From positions 1 to 62,339 of the forward strand of contig SXMH01000156.1 in the NCBI GenBank assembly GCA_005777405.1: a stretch of 62,339 nt of DNA. The letters are read 5' to 3'. Below the pieces are notes generated by a model. It was not told the DNA's origin, ran no database searches, and worked only from the letters and a program-made list of their open reading frames with translations. Source of the stretch: Actinomycetota bacterium. Lineage in GTDB: Bacteria > Actinomycetota > Actinomycetes > Actinomycetales > Microbacteriaceae. Position 1 is the stretch's first letter. Each line of letters opens with the position of its first letter. The translations under genes and the position numbers were made by a program. This document shows positions 28,589-38,251 of the stretch, one piece after another.

Positions 28589-30760
28589 CTAGTCGACGGC
28601 CAGAGCGCGGCGCCTCACGATGAGCGCTACGCCTCCGAGCATCAGCAACACCCCGAGCCACCCCACTGCACCGGTGAGTTGCCCGCCGATGCCGGTCGCT
28701 GCCAACTCGTCGTCAGGCGCCGCGTTCTCGTCGTCGGACCCAGCAGCATCGGCGGAAGCCCATACTTCGAGGTCGATCGACTGCGCGACGAAGTCGTCGA
28801 GCGAGTAGTCAACAGGCGCGAGCGACCGCTCCGGTGTAGCTGCCTGATCGGGCGCTGTCCCGCTGACGATGTCATAGGTCGCGACGACGAGGGTGTAAGT
28901 GCCCGGCTCGAGGTCGACGACGATCTCGGAGTAGTAGTTGTCAAGGAACCGCTGCGATGAGTCGTGCGCCTGCACGGGAAAGCTGACTTCGTCATCGATG
29001 CGTTGGCTGTCGTCGTTGCACGTGATGAGCGTCGACTCAACATCGCTCGCATCGAACGTCTCATAGAGCGCGATCCACGGGTCTACCGACGGAACATAGT
29101 CGCCCCACGGATTCGGCAGCGCCGTGTAGAGCTCAGAACCGCCCTCGAATGAAACGTCGGCTCCCGACTGCTGCGGTGCTACACCGACCACGCGGAAGGT
29201 GTGCTCGCCTGCCTCGGTCACTGTGAGAACCTGCGTGCGATATGCCTTCGTTCCGGGGTAGGTGTCGCACTCCGCCAGCCCAGCGAGGCCGTCGGGGTCG
29301 TCCGTCACGAAGTCAGCGGTCGTGCCTCCGCCCGCCGGAAAGTGGAGTGTGTTGGTGGCGATGACTTCGCCGGCAGGATCACTGAGCTCGATGCTTGGCA
29401 GGTACGAGACGGAAAAGTCGACGCCGTCGACACTCCACACCACTTGCGTGTCACCGCCCACGTCGTACGTCACTGGTCCTGACCCGGAAGGTACCGCCTG
29501 GCCGCTCGCCGGAATGCCGAGCGTGCCATCCATTGACGCTGCACTCGTGAGGCTGACGTCGTCGCACGAGAACTCGACCGAGAGTGAGCCACCGGGTACC
29601 CAAACGAGTTCCCAATCGCGAGGGTCATCTGCAGCCGCGTACAGCTCACAGTCGATCGCCACCTCATAGTCGGGATACGGCGCGGTCACGACGAGCCCCG
29701 GCACAACCGTGTGCGGGTATGCCACCACTCCGGGGGCTTCCACGAAGGTGCGCTCGTAGGCGCCAAGGTCGACGATCGGCGCTGTGCCCACCCCCGTGTC
29801 GGCAATCTCGGGGTCGTCGGTGAAGCGCGGGTTGCCGACAAGGTCGAACGTGACGCCGCTGGGCACAAGAGAGTTATCTCCGGCGTCGACGGCGGTGCTG
29901 TCGGAGTCGAGTTGATAGTCGCCTGCCGTTGTTGGCGTCGATGACGCTGTGACGGGGGCCACGAATGAAGGGTCTACTCCGACGAACGAGTTGTTGATGG
30001 AGGTGATGGCGCCGGCGGTGTCGGCACCGATGGGCGCGTTGTTGCCCGCGACGATGGAGTTATTGATCGTCGTGGTCGGTGTTCCTGCGGTGGCGATGCC
30101 ACCGCCTTCGCTGCCGCCGTAGTTGCCCGCAATCGTCGAGTTCGAGACGGTCGTCGTGCCACGGTTGCGAATGGCGCCGCCGATATTGAAGGAGGTGTTG
30201 CCCGAGATCAGCGAGTTCGTGACCAACAGCGTTGATCCGGTCGAAGCGAAGATCGCGCCGCCAAAGTTTCCGCGGTTGCCGCGCAATTCAACCGACAGGA
30301 GGCCGGCCGTAGCTCCGGAAGTAACGTAAAGAGCACCCCCATCACCACCCGAGTCAGCACCGCTCATGACGAGATCGCGCAGAGTCAAAGTGCCTTCCAC
30401 TTGAAAAAACCGCATGTCGACAGCCGACGATGCGCGCGTGATCGTGCCGTTCGTGACCGTGAGGTCGTCAGAGATGATGGCGAACGCGTTGTTCACACCG
30501 AGCGAGTTATTGCTGACTGCCGACACTTCGGCCTCTGCGCCTCCCAGGTCGATGACGTCAGCACCCAGGCTCTGCTCGCTACAAACGATGGCCTGCGCGA
30601 GGTCGACCGCTCGTTCAGCCGGTGTCGACCCCGTCACGGTGTAGGGAAAGGCGTACTCCGAGTCGCACGGCTCGGCGGCGAGCGCAGGGCTCGCCGCGAG
30701 AGGCATCGCGAGTAAAGTTCCGGCGGCAAGAGCGGCAAGTACAGCAGAGCGTCGTGGCAT
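28589..30760 (-). CDS. Large surface protein: beta-helix/choice-of-anchor-Q-like N-half + paralog module + LAATG (paralog 3)
   Basis: Repeated N..GGA[IL] motifs, DYQL...AVDAG...DLGAYE; C-half NPWGDYVP, CNDD, DLEPGTYTLVV; GAGGA SD. Confidence 0.8.
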   Translation of the reverse strand: MPRRSAVLAALAAGTLLAMPLAASPALAAEPCDSEYAFPYTVTGSTPAERAVDLAQAIVCSEQSLGADVIDLGGAEAEVSAVSNNSLGVNNAFAIISDDLTVTNGTITRASSAVDMRFFQVEGTLTLRDLVMSGADSGGDGGALYVTSGATAGLLSVELRGNRGNFGGAIFASTGSTLLVTNSLISGNTSFNIGGAIRNRGTTTVSNSTIAGNYGGSEGGGIATAGTPTTTINNSIVAGNNAPIGADTAGAITSINNSFVGVDPSFVAPVTASSTPTTAGDYQLDSDSTAVDAGDNSLVPSGVTFDLVGNPRFTDDPEIADTGVGTAPIVDLGAYERTFVEAPGVVAYPHTVVPGLVVTAPYPDYEVAIDCELYAAADDPRDWELVWVPGGSLSVEFSCDDVSLTSAASMDGTLGIPASGQAVPSGSGPVTYDVGGDTQVVWSVDGVDFSVSYLPSIELSDPAGEVIATNTLHFPAGGGTTADFVTDDPDGLAGLAECDTYPGTKAYRTQVLTVTEAGEHTFRVVGVAPQQSGADVSFEGGSELYTALPNPWGDYVPSVDPWIALYETFDASDVESTLITCNDDSQRIDDEVSFPVQAHDSSQRFLDNYYSEIVVDLEPGTYTLVVATYDIVSGTAPDQAATPERSLAPVDYSLDDFVAQSIDLEVWASADAAGSDDENAAPDDELAATGIGGQLTGAVGWLGVLLMLGGVALIVRRRALAVD

Positions 30761-30994
30761 GAGTGTCCTCGCCGTGGGGTGGTGGGGGCGCGCTTCGGGC
30801 TTCTGTCAGAGTAGATGACGACTCACCCTGCGTGGCACTTTCTGCTCAAGACCGAACATTCTCATCGAGTCGGCGCCTCTGATGCAGCCTCGACTGGTCG
30901 CATGGCGCAGGTGGGAATGTGACGCACTGTCATACTGGCACTGGCCTTGACGCACCCCTGCTCCTTGGCATTCGACGACGAACCAGGAGTCAGC

Positions 30995-32065
30995 ATGCCT
31001 TCGCTGCACCGCGTCAACCTCGTTGTGGCCGCGCTCGCCGTCGCCACCGCGGCACTCGTCGCCCTTCCCACGGCGGCAGTCGCCGCAGGCTCGGGAGTGG
31101 GCGACGTCAGCGACGCCATGCTCTACGACGGTTCCACTGCGCCGCTCGGCGCTGTCGTCGAAGAGTTGCGCGGAACCGACGAGGCGACGCACACGATCGC
31201 CACGAGTTGGCCGATCAACGTGTTCGGCACCAGCTACGGCGCACTCTGCATCTCGACCAATGGCGGCATTGTTCCCGTGGCGTCAGATGCCGATGGTTGC
31301 ACTGATGGCTACAACGCCACGCTTGCGCAGCTCGCGGTCGCCGGTGAGTCGCCCTTCATCGGTGTGCTTGCCGGTGACATCACCCTGATGACTCGCGTGC
31401 TCGATGCCGATGGCGACGAGATTCTTGACGACGGTTTCGGCGAGCCTGGAAACGTGTACTTCGCCGACACCACGATCGGCGGTGTGCCCACGATCGTGGT
31501 GACGTGGTACCGCGTGCACATGTACGACGACGAGAACTCGCGCAGGCTGTCGAATACCTTCCAGATCGTGCTGCAGCAGCGCCCGACCACTGACGGCGAG
31601 ACCCTCGGCTTCGACTTCGACGTGCAGTTCAACTTCGGCACCATGACCGATGGCGAAGAGGGCTACACCGTTGAAGGGTGTGATGAAGACGTACTCGGCT
31701 TCGACTGTCGTCGTTGGGGCGTGGGGTTCGCCAGCTATGACCCGGTGACTGAGTCCAGCACGGCGTACGAGCTCTTTCCGAACACCATTGCTCGCACCCT
31801 TGTCGACTCCGGCGCCGCTCCGCTCGTCGCCAACCATCTCAACTCGCCTGACGTGCTCGGCCGCTACCAGTTCTCGATGGTCGCTGGCGTCACGACCGAC
31901 TTCGCTGTGCCGACCCTTCTCGGAGTGGTTCCTGTGCCGACCGAGCCCGAGCTCGCCGACACGGGAGTCGACCTCGGTCTCGTCGTGCCGGTCGCAGCGT
32001 TCATGCTGCTCCTCGGCGTCGCCGCCATGGCCGCCAGTCGGCGACGCGCGGCCGACCAGCGATGA
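30995..32065 (+). CDS. Secreted surface protein with nidogen (NIDO)-like domain and LADTG signal
   Basis: Signal peptide; INVFG..Y..LCISTNG, VVTW, NTFQIVL, FDVQFNF; LADTG + TM + RRR; AGGAG SD. Confidence 0.7.
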   Translation: MPSLHRVNLVVAALAVATAALVALPTAAVAAGSGVGDVSDAMLYDGSTAPLGAVVEELRGTDEATHTIATSWPINVFGTSYGALCISTNGGIVPVASDADGCTDGYNATLAQLAVAGESPFIGVLAGDITLMTRVLDADGDEILDDGFGEPGNVYFADTTIGGVPTIVVTWYRVHMYDDENSRRLSNTFQIVLQQRPTTDGETLGFDFDVQFNFGTMTDGEEGYTVEGCDEDVLGFDCRRWGVGFASYDPVTESSTAYELFPNTIARTLVDSGAAPLVANHLNSPDVLGRYQFSMVAGVTTDFAVPTLLGVVPVPTEPELADTGVDLGLVVPVAAFMLLLGVAAMAASRRRAADQR

Positions 32066-32081
32066 AGCAAGCGCCACCTGA

Positions 32082-33140
32082 TCAGTCGGCAGCCTCATCG
32101 CGTCGCGCGAGCAACGCGGCGTACGCATCGGCTGCACCGCGGCTTGGCGCAACCGCAAGCAGTCCGCGGTAGAGCCTGTCGAGTGCTTCCTCGTCGACCT
32201 CGCCCATGCGAGCGCGGTCGCAGTGCGCCGACTGAATCGCAGCTTCGAGCTGAAACCGCCCGAGCGGGTTGTCGAGGCGTCGCGCACGATGCAGCAAAGC
32301 CTCCCCTTCGGCAATGAGCTCAGAGTTCCACAACGTCGTGTCTTGCTCGTCGAGAGGCGGCCAGGGGTCGCCGATTCGCGCCGGCGCTCGCGACTGCGCG
32401 AGGGTGATGAGAGCGGCCAGACCCCAGGCCTCCGCCACGTCGTTGAGTAACGCGGCCGTCAACACTGCGAGCCAGCGCGCCTCGTCGGCGAGCGACTCGC
32501 GATAGTGCTCTCCCTGCCGCAGCCAGTCGACGGCGTACGCCGCATAGATCGCATCGAGCACGGCAGAAAGCCGCGCAGGCATCTCAGCGCGCGACGGAAC
32601 GGCAAAGGGAATGCCGGTAAGCCCGATACGCCGCTTTGCACGAACCAGCCGCTGTGCCATGGCTGCTGGTGCCACGTCGAACGCGGTCGCGATGCTCGCT
32701 GCGTCGAGCCCGAGCACCACTTGCAACATGAGCGGGGTGCGAATCGAGGCATCGATGGCGGGGTGCGCGCAGACGAAGAGCAGTTCAAGACGCTTGTCGG
32801 GGATGCCCTCCGCACGCTCGAGCAGGGCATCCACATCGATGCCTCTCGAAGGGCGTTGCTCTGCCTCTGCGTCGAGCGGCTGCGAGGTGCGCCGCGCGGC
32901 ACTGCCGAGAATGTCGCGCAGTCGGTTACGTGCCACGGTCAAGAGCCACCCTTCCGGGTTGTCGTGCACCCCCGATTCGGGCCACGAGCGCAGTGCACGT
33001 TCGAGCGCGTCGGCAAGGGCGTCTTCGGCGAGGTGAAGGTCGTGTGTCGACGCCGCGACGAGTGCGAGCAGCCTGCCGTACGACTCGCGCGCCGCGCGCG
33101 CCGCAGCGGGTGCGGCGCGCGAGTCGACGGCCTGGGTCAT
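32082..33140 (-). CDS. ECF sigma factor, ECF42-like (DUF6596)
   Basis: AEDALADA, WP..GV..NPEGWL, RLELLFVCAHP, MAQRLVRAKRRI, FQLEAAIQSAH; follows a DGPF gene. Confidence 0.88.
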   Translation of the reverse strand: MTQAVDSRAAPAAARAARESYGRLLALVAASTHDLHLAEDALADALERALRSWPESGVHDNPEGWLLTVARNRLRDILGSAARRTSQPLDAEAEQRPSRGIDVDALLERAEGIPDKRLELLFVCAHPAIDASIRTPLMLQVVLGLDAASIATAFDVAPAAMAQRLVRAKRRIGLTGIPFAVPSRAEMPARLSAVLDAIYAAYAVDWLRQGEHYRESLADEARWLAVLTAALLNDVAEAWGLAALITLAQSRAPARIGDPWPPLDEQDTTLWNSELIAEGEALLHRARRLDNPLGRFQLEAAIQSAHCDRARMGEVDEEALDRLYRGLLAVAPSRGAADAYAALLARRDEAAD

Positions 33141-33523
33141 CAGCGGTGGCCGAAGCCTGTCCACGCGCCGTTGACGAAGCGCGTTGCGCCCGGCCGAATT
33201 TCGACGTGGCCGTACTGCGCCGACGGGGCCTTCGCCGCCCACGACATCGCGGCGTCGAAGTCGGGCACGTCGATCACGACGGTGCCGCCCAGCTGTTCGT
33301 GCGAGTCGGCAAAGGGGCCGTCTTGCACGACGAGCTCTCCGCTCGCGGTCGAAATGGTCGTCGTCGCCGCAGACGGCTGCAGCACCTCGGCACTCTGCAA
33401 CACGCCCGCAGCCTCGAGCGCCTTCGCATATTCGTCGAACGCGCGCATGCCTTCGGCGAGCGCCTCGTCGCCGAGCTCGGCGGCAGTCATCTCCGGGTAG
33501 TGCAGCAGCAAGGTGTAGCGCAT
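33140..33523 (-). CDS. YciI/DGPF family protein
   Basis: DGPFADSHEQLGG, VEIRP. Confidence 0.92.
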   Translation of the reverse strand: MRYTLLLHYPEMTAAELGDEALAEGMRAFDEYAKALEAAGVLQSAEVLQPSAATTTISTASGELVVQDGPFADSHEQLGGTVVIDVPDFDAAMSWAAKAPSAQYGHVEIRPGATRFVNGAWTGFGHR

Positions 33524-33569
33524 GATGTCGTTCCCTTCGCGGACCGTCGGTCGATCCTGTCAAAGAGAT

Positions 33570-33596
33570 GACGATCGGGCGAGAGGCAGATCGACA
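33570..33596 (-). promoter_or_regulatory. ECF42-type promoter
   Basis: Minus strand TGTCGA-N17-CGTC upstream of the DGPF gene, matching the known ECF42 consensus. Confidence 0.7.
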
Positions 33597-33619
33597 GTTT
33601 CGAGCTCACCTGCTCGACG

Positions 33620-34678
33620 TCAGGGGCGCACGACGACGCGCACTTCGTCGGCAGGAGGGCCGTCGACGAGCAGCGTCGCGGCGTCGTCCAGCGATGCCGT
33701 CGACGTGACGAGTGCGTCGAGAGGCAGTCGACCGTGCAGGTAGAGCCTGAAGTAGCGGTCGAAGTCGGTCACAGGGCTGACGTCTCCGGTGATGCACCCG
33801 AGCAAGCGCTTCTGGCTGGCGACGAAGTCGAGAGCTTTGATGCGCACTTCGTGATCGGGAGGTGGAGCGCCGAGCAAGACGGTGGTGCCACCACGGCGTG
33901 TGGCATCGATCGCTCGCTCCATGGTCGAGGTGTATCCCGCAGATTCGAAGACCGTGTCGAAGTCATCATCGTTGAGCGACTCGAACTGATCGGGGGTGAC
34001 TGTTTTTGTCGCCCCCAGCTTGGTCGCCCTTGCTCGCCGTGCCGCGTGTGGTTCGACCACGACGACCTCGTCGGCTCCGGACAGCACAGCGCCCATGACG
34101 ACAGAGAGGCCGATACCCCCGGCTCCCCACACGGCGACGCGCGACCCCGGTTGCACGTCGGCGATATTGAGTACAGCGCCGACGCCGGTGGCGATCGCGC
34201 AACCGACAACGGCGGCGATCTCGAGCGGCACTGCTTCGGGCACCGCCACGCAGCTCGATTCAGGCACCAGAGCGTGCGCGGCGAACCCTGCCACACCAAA
34301 TCCCTGCGTCAGAGCCTCACCCCGCCAACTCAGCCGGGGCCGCTGACTCGTGCGACTGGCGCAGAGCATGGGATGCCCTGACTCGCAGTATCGGCAGTGC
34401 CCGCAGTGATGCGTGAGCGCGATGACAACGCGGTCGCCGGGAACGAATCTCGTGACGGCGTCGCCCACCTCGACGACGACGCCACTGGTCTCGTGTCCGG
34501 GGGTGACGGGAAAGTCGTCGTAGAGCGTTCCCGCAGCCCACGAGACGTCGGTGTGACACACGCCCGTGGCGGCGACCTCAATGAGTACTTCCGTGGCGCG
34601 AGGAGAGTCGATGACGATCTCGTCGAGCTCTACGCGACCGGGAGCGGTCACGACAAGCGCTCGAGTCGTCGTGCTCAT
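33620..34678 (-). CDS. Zn-dependent alcohol dehydrogenase (MDR)
   Basis: GVCHTD, GHE, CGHCRYC..GHPMLC, GAGGIG; ATGA overlap. Confidence 0.93.
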   Translation of the reverse strand: MSTTTRALVVTAPGRVELDEIVIDSPRATEVLIEVAATGVCHTDVSWAAGTLYDDFPVTPGHETSGVVVEVGDAVTRFVPGDRVVIALTHHCGHCRYCESGHPMLCASRTSQRPRLSWRGEALTQGFGVAGFAAHALVPESSCVAVPEAVPLEIAAVVGCAIATGVGAVLNIADVQPGSRVAVWGAGGIGLSVVMGAVLSGADEVVVVEPHAARRARATKLGATKTVTPDQFESLNDDDFDTVFESAGYTSTMERAIDATRRGGTTVLLGAPPPDHEVRIKALDFVASQKRLLGCITGDVSPVTDFDRYFRLYLHGRLPLDALVTSTASLDDAATLLVDGPPADEVRVVVRP

Positions 34679-36366
34679 GACCGCGGCGCCTTCCATGCGG
34701 GTTCACCGACGAGCACGGCACCCCGATACAGCGACGACACGAGCGTGCGATACATGCCCAACCATCCGCGTGGCGCTGGTGCGATTGACTCGGGAGACCA
34801 CGCACGCAGGCGCGCATCGAGCTCGTCATCACTCAGGTCGACCGAGACCGAGAGCGCGGCAAGATCGATGGCGATGCGGTCACCGTCGCGCACCACAGCG
34901 AGGGGTCCACCCTCTGCAGCCTCCGGCATCACTTGTCCCACCGTCATGCCGCTATTGAGTCCCGACAACTCTCCGTCGGTCACCACAGCAACATGTGCCG
35001 ACAGCCGGGCGCCGACCAGGGCGGCGACGAGCCCGGCGGCGAACACGGTGCCCGGTCCACCGACGGGCCCCATTCCGCGCAGCACGAGCACGTCGCCGGC
35101 ACGAACGGTTCCTGCCCGCACCTCGGCCATGGCGGCTGTCTCTGACTCGAAGACACGCGCGGGGCCTTCGAAGCGCTGCTGATCATCGCGCACCGCCGCG
35201 AGCTTCACGAGTGCGCCGAGAGGAGCAAGGTTTCCCTGCACGACGGCGAGTCCGCCGCGAGGCCGTGCTGGAGCTCCGATCGGCAAGACTACGGTGGCGT
35301 CAATGCGCTCGGCGTCGAGCAGATGATCGCCAATGGTGCCGCCGGCCACTGACGGTGCATCGTGATCGATCACGCCCGAGAGCTGAGTCAGCACTGCAGC
35401 GCAGCCACCCGCGCGCTCGAGGTCGGGAACGCGATGTCCGCCGTTCGGCCGCACTTGAGCCAACAACGGCACCTCGTGCTGCAGCTCAGACATGCGAGCG
35501 ACGACATCGAGGTTGAGCTCGGCCTCGGCGGCGATGGCGGTGATGTGGCGCAGCGAATTGATCGAGCCTCCGACCGCGATCACCACCCGTAGGGCGTTGT
35601 CGATCGACGCGGGCGTGATGACATCGCGAGCCCGCACGTCGTCACGCACAAGGTCGACGACCCTGCGACCGGCCGCGGCCGCCAGTTCATACATGCGCGG
35701 GCTCGCGGCGAGGATGGGTGCGCTACCCGGCATCGCCATTCCCATCGCTTCGGCGATCATGTGCATGCTGTTGGCCGTGCCGAGTCCCGCACACACACCG
35801 GGGCCGGTGATGGCGTTGTCTGCCATCTCGCCAAGCTCGGCGACGGTCATGCGACCCGCCGCAACCGCGCCGACCGACTCATAGACGTCATCGATGTCAA
35901 CGGGCGCACCCGCGCATCGACCGTGATCTTGATAGCCACCGATGACGACGAGCGACGGCAGATTGAGCCGTCCCAGCGCCATGAGATGGGCCGGCGTGGT
36001 CTTGTCGCATGACGACAAACACACAATGCCGTCGAGCTGCGCACCCTCGACCATGACCTCGATCTCATTGACGATGAGGTCTCGGGTGGGCATCAAGTAG
36101 CGGGCTTCGCGACCGGCACTCGTCACGAAGTCGCTCGGCGCTGTGGTGCGCACCTCGAAGGCGAGTCCGCCCGCTGCGGTGATCGCCTCTTGCACGATGC
36201 GAGAGGTTTCATCGAGGTGCCCGTAGCAGCTCGACAGACTCGACGACGAGTTGATGACGGCGATCTTGGGCTTCAGCAGGTCGTCACCCGAGATGCCGAG
36301 AGCTTTCCACTGCGCTCGCCGCACTGCCCAACGCGTCGTTCCTTCTTCAAAGTTGCTGCGCAGCAT
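34675..36366 (-). CDS. IlvD/Edd family dehydratase (probably sugar-acid)
   Basis: SCYGHL, SCDKT, VCAGLGTANSM, GNLAP, TDGELSG. Confidence 0.9.
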   Translation of the reverse strand: MLRSNFEEGTTRWAVRRAQWKALGISGDDLLKPKIAVINSSSSLSSCYGHLDETSRIVQEAITAAGGLAFEVRTTAPSDFVTSAGREARYLMPTRDLIVNEIEVMVEGAQLDGIVCLSSCDKTTPAHLMALGRLNLPSLVVIGGYQDHGRCAGAPVDIDDVYESVGAVAAGRMTVAELGEMADNAITGPGVCAGLGTANSMHMIAEAMGMAMPGSAPILAASPRMYELAAAAGRRVVDLVRDDVRARDVITPASIDNALRVVIAVGGSINSLRHITAIAAEAELNLDVVARMSELQHEVPLLAQVRPNGGHRVPDLERAGGCAAVLTQLSGVIDHDAPSVAGGTIGDHLLDAERIDATVVLPIGAPARPRGGLAVVQGNLAPLGALVKLAAVRDDQQRFEGPARVFESETAAMAEVRAGTVRAGDVLVLRGMGPVGGPGTVFAAGLVAALVGARLSAHVAVVTDGELSGLNSGMTVGQVMPEAAEGGPLAVVRDGDRIAIDLAALSVSVDLSDDELDARLRAWSPESIAPAPRGWLGMYRTLVSSLYRGAVLVGEPAWKAPRS

Positions 36367-36367
36367 G

Positions 36368-37486
36368 TCAGATCCTCGCCGTCGAAATGCGGCCTGTCAT
36401 CGCTGACAGGGCTTCGGTCAAGTAGTAGGTGCCCCAGACCAGTTCATGGTCGGTCGCCAAGTCGATGCGGCGGTTGTAGAGACCGTGGCGCAGCATCCCC
36501 GCAGCTTTTCCTGCGGTGAGCGGCGCGACCGCGGTGCGCACAAGGGCGTCAACCGAACCCTGCGCGACCTCGCGATAGACATGTGCCTCGCGTGCGTCGA
36601 GTTCTGCGAGCTTGAGTAGCGCGGCAGATCCAATGGCCGTTGCAGAAGTGTCAATCGGGGCGGCAGGGTCGTCGTCGTCGAAGTCCCAACGGCAGATCGA
36701 GTCGTCGGGCAACCGCGTGATCCACCACCGCGCGAGGTGGCGGGCAGTGTCGAGAAACTCGGCCGGATCGAGAATCGCCGCGTGCGTCATGCCCAAGAGC
36801 CCCCAGGCTTGCGCGCGAGCCCAGATGCTGTCATCGGCGAGGCCCTTGTGGGTATAGCGACGGGTGAGCTGGCCCGTCGCGGTGTCGAACGTGGCCGATT
36901 GGATGACCCCGCCATCGTCGCGCACGCAGAACTCACGGTGCCCGGCCGCGTGGTCGAGTGCCAACTGCCGAAGACTCTCGTCGCCCGTGCGTCGCGCCGC
37001 CCAGTCAAGCAGCAGCACGGTGCCGGGCACTCCGTCGATGTTGGTCTCCCCTTCACCGACGGCGTGCGCTTCTTCTGCCTCAGGGCCCAAAGGAATGAGC
37101 CGTGCGGCAAGGTTGGCATCGCCGGCGAGAGCGCGAGCAGCGGCCACCGCAAGGTCGGCGAGCTGAGGGTCATCTCGGTCGTCGAGGCCGATCGCCACGC
37201 CATACCAGAACAGAAAGCCGCGAAAAATTGTGCGCGACTGCACGCGTGGCGCGAGCCGAAGCGCCCACACTCGCGCCAGTCGATCGACGGCGTCATCATC
37301 GCCTCGACGTGCTGCGAGCCACAGCTGGCCGACGAAGAAGCCGCCGGTCCAGTCGCCATCGGGCGAGAGCGTCCAGTCGCCGTCGTTGTGAGCGAAATGC
37401 GGAAAGCCATGGGTGGCCTCTCGCGCAGTGCCGACTGCTCGTGCGGAGAGGAGCGCTAGAGCTTCAGTGCGCGTCATCGTGGTCAT
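36368..37486 (-). CDS. GH88-like glycoside hydrolase, divergent
   Basis: DWTGGFFVGQLW, SIWARAQAWG, WDF, DTSATAI, LVWGTYYLTEAL. Confidence 0.8.
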   Translation of the reverse strand: MTTMTRTEALALLSARAVGTAREATHGFPHFAHNDGDWTLSPDGDWTGGFFVGQLWLAARRGDDDAVDRLARVWALRLAPRVQSRTIFRGFLFWYGVAIGLDDRDDPQLADLAVAAARALAGDANLAARLIPLGPEAEEAHAVGEGETNIDGVPGTVLLLDWAARRTGDESLRQLALDHAAGHREFCVRDDGGVIQSATFDTATGQLTRRYTHKGLADDSIWARAQAWGLLGMTHAAILDPAEFLDTARHLARWWITRLPDDSICRWDFDDDDPAAPIDTSATAIGSAALLKLAELDAREAHVYREVAQGSVDALVRTAVAPLTAGKAAGMLRHGLYNRRIDLATDHELVWGTYYLTEALSAMTGRISTARI

Positions 37487-37504
37487 GGTGGGCACTTCCT
37501 CTTC

Positions 37505-38251
37505 TCAATAGGTGGCTCGCCCGCCACTGATGTCGTAGACGGCACCGGTCGAGAACGACACCTCGTCGCTCGCGAGAAACGCGACGAGCTTGGCGACTTC
37601 GAGGGGCTGCCCCAGCCGACCCATCGGGATGAGCTTCGTCATGTACTCCAACTGCTCGGGCGAGACCGCCGAGGCCATGTCGGTCTCGATCACCGCGGGA
37701 GCGATCACGTTGGCGAGCACGCCGCTCGTCGCAAGCTCTTTGCCCAGGCTCTTCGTGAGCGCCATGATGCCCGCCTTCGCCGCCGAATAGTGGCTTGCTC
37801 GAGGGTTGCCATCTTTGCCCGCCATCGACGCAACGTTGATGATGCGCCCGTGGCCGCCCGAGGTCTCGACCATGGTCTGCGCAGCCGCGCGACACATGAA
37901 GAACGTGCCCATGAGGTTGACCTCTATGACCGAGCGAAACTCGTCGGGCGAGAGCTCCCACACGTGCTTGTTTACTCCGGCGATGCCGGCGCAGTTCACG
38001 AGAATGTGCAGCGCTCCCTCTCGCGATGCCGTGCGCTCGACCACCGCCTCGCAGGCTGCCGGGTCAGTGACGTCGATCACCTCGGTGTGGGCGGCGTTGA
38101 GCTGAGCGCTCGCCGCATCAAGCGCTGCGGGATCGCGGTCGAGCAACACGACCGTCGCGCCGCGCTGCTGAAGAAGCTGCGCTGACGCGAAACCGAGCCC
38201 GCGGGCACCACCAGTGACGAGCGCAACCCGCCCCTCGAGCGGCGCGCTCAC
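37505..38251 (-). CDS. SDR dehydrogenase
   Basis: TGGARGLG, NCAG, YSAAK, DISGG. Confidence 0.92.
   Translation of the reverse strand: MSAPLEGRVALVTGGARGLGFASAQLLQQRGATVVLLDRDPAALDAASAQLNAAHTEVIDVTDPAACEAVVERTASREGALHILVNCAGIAGVNKHVWELSPDEFRSVIEVNLMGTFFMCRAAAQTMVETSGGHGRIINVASMAGKDGNPRASHYSAAKAGIMALTKSLGKELATSGVLANVIAPAVIETDMASAVSPEQLEYMTKLIPMGRLGQPLEVAKLVAFLASDEVSFSTGAVYDISGGRATY

Noticed and set aside
34675-36366. Housekeeping ilvD
   Set aside because: Sugar-catabolic operon context and altered TDGELSG motif; gene symbol withheld.
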